The notes under the pieces are model-generated. The model searched no databases, had not been told where the DNA came from, and saw nothing but the letters and a program-made list of their open reading frames with translations. From the NCBI GenBank assembly GCA_951406725.2, contig OX597815.1:125550001-125614000 (forward strand): a stretch of 64,000 bases of DNA. Direction: 5' to 3'. The stretch comes from Octopus vulgaris (lineage: Eukaryota). The translations under genes were made by a program, and so were the position numbers. This document shows positions 54,251-64,000 of the stretch, piece by piece; within the stretch, counting starts at the first letter, position 1, and the number at the start of each line of letters is the position of its first letter.

Positions 54251-56182
54251 AACGCTTTTAAACGTAAAATCATAAAATGCAAACGCATTCATTCATATAC
54301 ACACACGAGTGTTATATGCATGTGTACGCGCGCACATCTGAGTTTACATGTGTGTGTATGTATATGTACCTATATACATACACAATTATCACATATGATT
54401 ACATACACACACACACATACACATATATATACACACATATAAACATATATATAGACACCTGCATAAATACATATAAGTATTAATACAAGCACATACAACC
54501 ACACACACACGTGCACACTCAAGAGCGGCATCACTTAGTTTAAAGACATGACTATCCTGATGATTAGATGTTAATTATTTCCGTTTATTTAATCATTATT
54601 CAAACTATGCATATGAAAAGAAAGAGAGTGTGCGTTTTTCAATTTTTTAAGTGATGTAAATTTAAATCGAAAAATTTAAATTAGCCTTATGTAATTATTG
54701 ACAATATCACTAACACAACAAAATTGAACGTTGCTTAATTTGCGAAGATTTAGAACATAATTTTCGCAACAAAATGGAATATGGCCATTATATCTCGAGA
54801 AGAAGCTCTTATGACACTAACAGTTCGTCGCTTACCAACAATTTCTCATAAAAGAATCATACCTCTGAAGCATTGGATCTATAATTTTGATGTTCACATT
54901 GTTTGGAATTTCCATCCATTTTCAGACCATATCATCATACAATTCACTCAATATAATGTATTTCTTTTCTTGCACTCAGGATGACCCATTTCTTTAAAGT
55001 TTGTGTTTTCATTGTCTTTTCGGATTTAATTCTAAGAATTGTACCGGTCACTGCAGCATTCGGAGTTTGTTGCTTTTGATGGATTCGCTGATCATTACCT
55101 CCGTATGCTACAAGTTGTTATCATGCTGAGAGAAAATGTAAAAATAAAAAATAAAAAAAAAGAGGAGGAAGAAAAATTACGGTCTTAAATGACTCTGAAT
55201 ATCAAGCATAGTCATTTTCCAGATCTGATTTGTGAAACCGACACCATTTCTGGTCGTGGATGTCCGAACCATGACTTTATCCCAAACAGACAAATAGTTT
55301 CAAACCATGACCGTGTCCTTCTGTTTGACTCAATGGCCCTTTGACCAGTCGGACGGATTCAGAGTCACAAGTTCTTAGACGAAGTGAATTCAGAGAGGTC
55401 ATTGTAACTATTTTTATTCTAAGAAATGAACAGCGATTTTAAAGAATACAGCGTCCCACAAATTCAAACTTCTTTAGTCGAATTTTGTTGATAATGTTAT
55501 CAATATTCTAATGTATTTCTTCAGATCTATGTTTAAAATGTCAACAGCGCTCATTTTCAGGTTCCGTACTAGCAATCGACCCATCCACCTTACAGTAATT
55601 AAAAAACAAATTATTTCGGTTATTCTGGTTGGGAACGGTCAGAATATTTGATAGTCTCATTGAAAATGCACACACAGCACGGTGAGCAACAGTTGTTAAA
55701 TGTGCAGCTTTTGCTGCTATTGCTCAAAGAATACATTTCAAGTTACGTAGTTGGAAAATACCGAATTGCATGGCTGATGATAAGCTTTACGTTTATCCAA
55801 CTCAGCAGAGCTTAGAATATAATTACAGAATTATGAATAGTTTATGTTACACGGAATATATTATCAAACCACTGCATTGGCCAAACTATCGGATGTTCTT
55901 ATACACCGCTGGTCCAAATGTACTACCTCGCATTGTTATATGCTTTCGAATGATGCCACTCCAGTGGCTGGTCAGACAGGACAACATTTGTCCCTGAACA
56001 GAACGTCAGTCCGTCGCGGAATTACTCATTTATTGTTGAGTAGAGTGCAGTGTGGTGTTCGAGAACACACCGCACCGCCGGTCTTGGAATCGAAATCACG
56101 ATTGCGCAGTCATGAGAGTAACATCCTAACCATCAGGCCACACATAAATCAAATATCAAAATAAAGATATTTTTCCAAAATA

Positions 56183-56389
56183 CTCTTTTCCACTCTAGGA
56201 ACAAGACTCGAAATTTTGTGGGAGGAGGCCAGTCGATTAGATCGACCCCATTACGTAACTGGTACTTGACTTATCGACCTCGAAAGGATAAATCAACCTC
56301 GGCGGAATTTGAACTCAGAACATAAAGACAGACGAAATGCTGCTAAGCATTTCGCCCGGCGTGCTGACTTTCCTGCCAGCACGCCGCCT
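56183..56389 (-). mobile_element. SINE (family of 62396)
   Basis: Reverse complement of ggcggcgtgctggcagg...gagttcaaattccgccgagg. Confidence 0.75.
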
Positions 56390-56803
56390 TATTTTTCTAA
56401 AATATTCTTAAATATTTTTCTAAAATATTCTTAAATTGTTAAACAAAATAGTCTTAATTTCAGTAATATGTTTTCCTTTGGCTAAATTAAAGCTATCAAC
56501 AATTAATGTGTGAACATAGATCATTTAAATTAATGAAAAAAAAACAACAAAACAAACAAAAACATTAAATTTATATAAAGTTTGAGTCGAAATTGATTAA
56601 ATAAAAATAGCGTTTAATGATCAGCAACGCTTGTCTTTAAACTAAATGACGCCTCCCCCCACATCTATGTATGTACCTGTATGTATGTGCATGTATGTAT
56701 ATATGTATGTATGTGTATACATACATCCACATATATGGAGAGAAAGAAAAAGAAAAGGCAGACAACAGATATATATATATATATATATATATACTCACCC
56801 CGA

Positions 56804-56877
<74 letters not shown>

Positions 56878-57067
56878 ATCGAATGTAAGAGTCGTAATCT
56901 GCAGTTTCAAATAGAGAGATTAACTAATTTGATCAAGCTTCATACAATTTTCTTTATTTCTGGGACGAATAGCTGCTTTCTTGTAGTGAAACAATGAGAA
57001 TTAAATCAAAGATAGAAAACCTTTTAGAAATAAAACGTAACAAACAACGGCATCAAAAACAATAACG

Positions 57068-57117
<50 letters not shown>

Positions 57118-57493
57118 TTCGAAATAAAAGCAGAAAGAAAGAGAACGTAAAATACACGCACGTAAATAAACATAAAAATGCACAGGTAGTAGTGGGAAGT
57201 GGTGTTGGTGGTGGCGGTGGTGCTTATAATTTCTTGGAATAGAACAATTGTATCCAACAGACAGACAATAGAAAGAAAATAATGAGACTTTAATAACCGA
57301 GTAAAGTTGGCAAGTTTAGTCGCTGTGCAGCTTGGTGGATGTGATGGAGGTATACAGACATGATCTTTTTAGCTTTTGTTATATATTTCCTACTGAAAGA
57401 TGCTAAGAAATTAGAACCTGTGTGTCGGCTTGTCTGCCTGACTGATTGTGAGACTATTTGTATCAGTCGTTCTGTTTTTATTTTCCTCTCTAT

Positions 57494-57583
57494 TTCTTCT
57501 TCTTCTTCTTCTTCTTCTTCTTCTTCTTCTTCTTCTTCTTCTTCTTCTTCTTCTTCTTCTTCTTCTTCTCCTCCTCCTCCTCC
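57494..57583. repeat. (TTC)n(CTC)n microsatellite
   Basis: Directly visible. Confidence 0.95.
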
Positions 57584-57945
57584 CCCTCTTCCTTTTACTC
57601 TTTCTGTTTCTTTATCGAGATCTCTTACCCCACTTATATCTCCTCTGTCACCCTATACTTTCTTTTTTCTTTATGTCTGCTCTAATCACTGCGGTTTCGT
57701 AATTGTCTGTTAAGTCAATAATCGTTTCCGCTTTCTTCTTTTATATTTATTCATTTGTATGTATGTATGTATGTATGTATGTATGTATGTATGTATGTAT
57801 GTATGTATGTATGTATGTATATGTATGCACGTATATATGTGTATGTATGTGTATATTTGTATACATATATACATCCTCACAACACACACATACACACACA
57901 TACGCACACATATATTTTCTCTCTCACACATTTATATGCATACAT

Positions 57946-57996
<51 letters not shown>

Positions 57997-58072
57997 GCAT
58001 ATGTGTGTGTATATATATATATGTATTTATATATGTATATAGTGTATGTATATACATGTGAGTGTGGTTGTA

Positions 58073-58149
<77 letters not shown>

Positions 58150-60301
58150 ATCTATCTATCTATTCACACATGCATGCACATATAAACAAGCAGGTAAATA
58201 TGTTCGGTCACTCCTTCAGACAGAGTTCGGCAAAGTGACTGATAGAATAAGTACCAGGCTAAACAAAAAATTAAGTACAGGGGTTGATTCATTCAACTAA
58301 AAGTACTTTGAGGCGGCGGTCTAGCATGGTCGCTGTCTAATGAGTGAAACAAGTAAACGATAAACGATGAAAAATATTCATTCAAACACGTGTACGTATC
58401 ATATATGACATAGGTTATATATACATATTATTTATAATGCATGTAGTTAAGACATTTCAAGTATAAATTTTGTGTATGTATGTTTATATGAATGTGTGTG
58501 TGTGTGTGTGCGTGTGCGCGTACTTGTGTGTGTTGCATTTGAATAGAATCTACAAGCGTAGCTTATGACAGTAAAAGAATAAATTCTACTACGGCAGATG
58601 AACGATGTATCTATCACTTTCTTCACGATTGTGTTATCAATTATTCCAGGTGGACTCTGGGTAAGCTTAGCTGTCAAAATTAAATATCTTATAAATGTCT
58701 TTTGTGGACATGCTAGTAGTCATCTCTTCCCATATATTAGCATTGCAGGCAAACTGCACATGTTTAACTACCAATAGTTAGGCTACCCAACGACTATCAC
58801 AGTTCAATGTGGCATAGAAATTCTTGAGTTTATGACTCAGAGCAAGTCCAGAATATCAATAGTAATAAGCTATAACATAAATGATTAAACTTTTTTAAAG
58901 TGTATATACACACATAGAAATTCACGCATCCTGACAAAGATCATGATCTGTTACAGAGCCTCCGACTCTTGTGATAGGGAGCGAGGGAATGAAGAAAGCA
59001 TCCTAAAACCGGAAACTTGGCTCAAATGCTTGCAACTGAGTGGACTCCGCTAAAGCAGCCAAGGTGTTAAGCCGGGCGATGGGTTAAATCCGCCACCCAA
59101 GTTGGAAATGGTGGAATTTGATGTCAGAAGGCAAAGAGCCGGATCAAATTCCGCAGAGCATCCTGTCAGACGTTCTTACAGTTCTACCAAACCACTACCT
59201 TGTATTGGTACTTTTTCATCGACCCCTGAAAGGATGAAAAGCAAAGTTGACTTTGGCCGAGAATCGTTCTGTCTAACACTCTAACGATTCTATGAATTCG
59301 CTGCCTGAATCGTTCAATCATTGTTTCTTAAACAGTATACTTGTCTCGTTTGATTTCAGACCTGCTATATTGCCTACCAAGCCTAGACATTTAATTTTTT
59401 CCACCCTACAATTGCAGCTATTTTTATGCCACTCACTGTTCAAGTTGAGCTCAACTGCATCAAGTTATCACCCCAAGAAGACATGAAAAATTATATGAGC
59501 GCTGCCTTGACGCCGCTAAGCAAAAGTTGTTTTGCTTATTAAACATTTTATCAGTGCTCTTTTTTTCCAGTATGCTGCTACTTTTACTTCGTGAATTTTC
59601 TGAAACATCTGTTGGTGAGACTCATAAATTGTCATATTGGTAAACTATTTGACAGTCATCTATTTAATTTGATGGAATATTAAATTAATAATTAATTAAA
59701 CAAGTTTTGTTATTTGAGAGACTAATAGAAGTACCGTACAGCGACTGTTTTGTCAAACCAAATCTGTTAATCAGCTTAGAAAGCAGAATTGTTTTCAGAT
59801 TACACGAACTAAGGTGGTGAATAAATTTAGTTATCGCCCTAGTTTCGATGCTCGCTCAAAGCCAATTGCTTTTATTTATGCGTCAAGAAAAGATCAGATG
59901 ACATGCATAACATCATTCCTCCCCTCTATAAATTATGACAGGAGTGAGAATTTTTCTTTTTACTTTAATGTAGTTTTAGAGTGTTGATAGAAATGGTTGA
60001 GTGTGATATGTAAAATTTACTGTAGTTTCTTCCGGATTCGTAGTTGATATAATTGCTGTATAGATAAAGAAGAGTTATGTTCCATGATTTTGGGGGTTGT
60101 AGTCAGGCAATCATAACCGTAGACGTATATTGCTAATGTAGATGGTGATGATTATAACGATGACAACTTTAATGACAATAATGAACATAATGACTATAAT
60201 AGTTTCTTATACAGTCATAAGTCCTGAAATATCAGAAGAACGGATTAGTCCTTTCAATCGATTCCCAGAACTGGTACTTAATTCATCGAAAGTTAAAAGA
60301 T

Positions 60302-60925
60302 AGAAGAACATAGAAACACTTGCAACAGATTCATACTGACGAAGTAAGCTATTTAGATATTTAATCCGACAAAATAGACACAGTAAACTAGCAGCTCTTA
60401 TTCTGAAGCCGAATATTTCCAGATTCGGTCGAGTATTGGGTAAAATTATCATACCTTTAAATACAACGTAACATCATCAAACCATTTAAAACGTTCCTAT
60501 ACTGTAAATCGAATTTATAGAAATAGTAACCAAATTTCCCTCAAATCACTCACTACCGTCTTAAAAATAGGAAATACCCTCCTAGTTAGTCGCCCGAAAA
60601 TGGAATGATGTCGGCTGGACTGCTTCTGATCAGATTAGACCCATTTTATTTATATTGTTAGGCTCAGTTAGAAACGACTTTGGGCCTAACAACAACAGCA
60701 ATGACAACGACACTCTCATCAGCAACAATCCCAAAGCGCTAGTGGCAGATTTTTTAACTTGATTTACATACCTACTGAGTCTTTTCGACCAATTAGTAAG
60801 GACGGAACACAAAATTTACCCGCTAGGTGAAGTGATGCAAAACAATGTTAAGTTTTCTGCCCAGAAGAACATAGAAACACTTGCATCAGATTCGTACAGA
60901 CGAATTATTTAGATATTTAATCCGA
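60302..60925. repeat. ~65-bp dispersed direct repeat (60302-60369 and 60863-60925)
   Basis: agaagaacatagaaacacttgcawcagattc...atttagatatttaatccgac occurs twice. Confidence 0.7.
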
Positions 60926-61518
60926 CGGTAATTTTGATTTTGCCCATAAAATTAGAATAATTAACTAAGATCAACATTGTTAGAAAAATATGTTTGATCT
61001 TATTCTTACTCTTCTTTTGCTGTCAACAATGGATCTCATTCTTCACAGTGTTTGTTTGTGACCCAACTCGCGCTTACTCGTTACACAGTATTTTTCTTCT
61101 TAGACCCTTCAGCATTTGTTATGAAACATCAGATGTGAAAAATGAAAGTATGTATATTTGTGATTCTGGGATATCACGATACTAAGATATCAACAATATC
61201 CACACAAAACAATCTGAATGAATTGTTTTAGTTACAGAATTGTAAACCACTATGTAACTATTTTAAAACAGAAACTATTTTGTACGAACAACTATATGTA
61301 TGTATATATATATATATATATATATAACTTTGCTGACTTTATTAACTCTTTGACTCAAACAAATCAGCATTTTTTATTTCATTCATACAATATAATTTGT
61401 TCCAATCTAGATGGCAATACTTAACGTCCATCATTCATATTCATACCAGAATAGGCAAGAGCACAGATGCACATACATCACCCATACTCATACACAGACA
61501 CATACACACATGCATAAT

Positions 61519-61595
<77 letters not shown>

Positions 61596-61817
61596 TGAAT
61601 ATTCAAAAGGTTAAAAATCGATTATTTAGTATATGAATAAATTACTTCAATCACTGTCACTGACAATCATGTTATCTAGGAAGTCAAACAAATGAGATTC
61701 CAATCAGAACTAAAAACGGTTAGCCATGCTCCAAGATATTATCGAGTGGCATACGTGTATGCGAAATTATTCACACACACACGTATATATATATACATAC
61801 ATACATATATATATATA

Positions 61818-61875
<58 letters not shown>

Positions 61876-61974
61876 TGTATGTGTGTGTGTGTGCGTGTAT
61901 GTGTGCGTGTGTGTGTGCGTGTATATGTGTGTGTGTGTGTGCGCGTGTATATGTGTGTGTGTGTGTGTGCGCCT

Positions 61975-62330
61975 TCTTTTGTTTGTTTCAATCATTAGAC
62001 TGCGGTCATGCTGGGGCACTGCATTGAGGAATTTTAGGCGAAGAAATCGATCCCAGTACTTACTGGTTTTTAAAGCCTGGTATTTATTTCACCGGTTCTC
62101 GTTTGCTGAACCGCTAAGTTATATAGACACCAATAACGGTTGGCGAGCGATGGTGGGGAACAAACACAGGCACAAAGACACACACACGTATATATATATA
62201 TATATATATATATATACGACAGTCTTTCAGTTTCTGTCCACAAGTTTTGGGTTGGTCGGAAGTTATAGTAGAAGGATACTTGCCTAAGGAGGTGCCACAT
62301 AGTGGGACTGAACTCTGAACCATAAGTCGG
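61975..62330 (-). mobile_element. SINE with internal microsatellite
   Basis: Reverse copy of the 52738 family. Confidence 0.65.
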
Positions 62331-62395
62331 ACTTTTTTTATATGTATACATATACACATTTTTTGTATTAAATGTACTTTATATTTTGTGTATAT

Positions 62396-62796
62396 GGCGG
62401 CGAGCTGGCAGAAACGTTAGCACGCCGGGCGAAATGCGTAGCGGTATTTCGTCTGCCGTTAAGTTCTGAGTTCAAATTCCGCCGAGGTCGACTTTGCCTT
62501 TCATCCTTTCGGGGTCGATACATTAAGTACCAGTTACGCACTGGGGTTGATGTAATCGACTTAATCCGTTTGTCTGTCCTTGTTTGTCCCCTCTGTGTTT
62601 AGCCCCTTGTGGGCAGTAAAGAACTAGGTATTTCGTCTGTCTTTACGTTCTGAGTTCAAATTCCGCCGAGGTCGACTTTGCCTTTCATCCTTTCTGTGTC
62701 GATAAACTAAGTACCAGTTGCACACTGGTGTCGATCTAATCGACTGGCCCCCTCCACCAAAATTTCGGGCCTTGTGCCTAGAATAGAAAAGAATAT
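62396..62796 (+). mobile_element. Dimer-like tRNA SINE with Nin/Deu-like domain
   Basis: ggcggcgagctggcagaaacgttagc head; gtcgactttgcctttcatcctttc core occurs twice. Confidence 0.8.
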
Positions 62797-62929
62797 TTTT
62801 TGTATATTGACTTGCCTAACTTGCTTGTCCTTACATTTACTACCTGCTGAAGTTCAAATCTCTTGAGCACTACGAAGTGTATTCTATATAGAGAATACCT
62901 GTCTCTAATCTATAAACTATATACATATG

Positions 62930-62967
<38 letters not shown>

Positions 62968-64000
62968 TACATATATATGTATGTATGTAACTTTGTATGT
63001 ATGCATGAAATGAAAGCGTAACTGGGAAGTATCGACGTAGTTATTACTCAAGCCGTGGCCACTTCTGTTTTCTAGGATGGTGTACCTGGGACTGCATCAT
63101 ACAATGTATCTCCTCTTTTTTTAAGATTGTAGAATGTCATTTGAAAGGTATTTGGTTGCTATTTCTTGCAGGTTAATTTATCACATAGAATCTTTCACAT
63201 TGCCTTGGACAAACGATGTTTTTGTTTAGTCCTTGATCAATTGTGACCGAACGGACCCATTATTAAAGATACCTTAGCCATGATCATTCCACTTTTTCTC
63301 GGTATCTAGGATTACGTTAATTAAAATGTATTAATTTAAAATACGGTCGTTTGTTATTTGAATGCAATTTGACTAGTATTTCTAGCAAATATGGGACCAC
63401 ATAGATGTTCCCTCATTAGTTTGTAAGAACGATGTTGTGTCTATTTCGCATTCGTTCTCACCGAACTTCAAGACTTCTGACCATTGGCGTCAGGGTTCTT
63501 TCAGCAGTAAGGAAATAGTTAAGCTATAGCGTGTGTGGTATTAGTTTGATATTAGGACATGCTATCTTTGTGTCGAGTTATACGTTATGTGAAGCTTTAT
63601 AATTAATCAACTATTTTCTTTATACATTTTATAATTAATCATCCGTTATTTAAACTATTTTATATGAGATAGTTGTATTATCAAATAATGTTTTTTCTAA
63701 ATAGTTTTATTTTTACATTGAGCGATGTGATGTACCACAATAGCTCATTACTGTCCATGTATGATCAACCAACAAGAAAGTGTTCAATGGAATGTTATTT
63801 AAAGCTACCAAGTTTATAATTTTCATAGTTACATGTCAATTTGTAAATTATATTGGTCTTCAGAATTTTATAAAATTGATGCCAGGCTAGTGACATAAGG
63901 CTTGTGATTTAATGATTTTTGTAATAGGTTATCAGTGCTAGCTTATAATGGAACTGTAATGAAAGTTACATTTTATTGAATGAGTCTTATTAGCAGTATT

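Overview
AT-rich, microsatellite-dense eukaryotic genomic DNA. The SINE, LINE and microsatellite content strongly resembles an octopus (coleoid cephalopod) genome; this is an inference. Almost all listed ORFs are microsatellite artefacts. Supported content: a decayed Mag-like Ty3/gypsy LTR element (41231-45700, minus), a full-length mariner relic, a DD37D/maT relic, a pogo-type MITE, non-autonomous Helitrons, RTE/CR1/R4 LINE fragments, many tRNA-derived SINEs, a Penelope-like element (PLE) relic with a GIY-YIG domain, and one clear minus-strand exon of a GPR158/179-type extracellular domain (26275-26383). The most striking signal is a set of short, mutually unrelated fold-back elements in (TA)n tracts with the layout (TA)n-tail-arm-spacer-inverted arm-(TA)n. 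Most carry the 3' half of a minimal hammerhead ribozyme, and one holds a complete type I hammerhead (15676-15761). Two further hammerhead-like motifs lie outside hairpins. Separately, LINE/SINE 3' ends have been duplicated into palindromes centred on self-complementary microsatellites.
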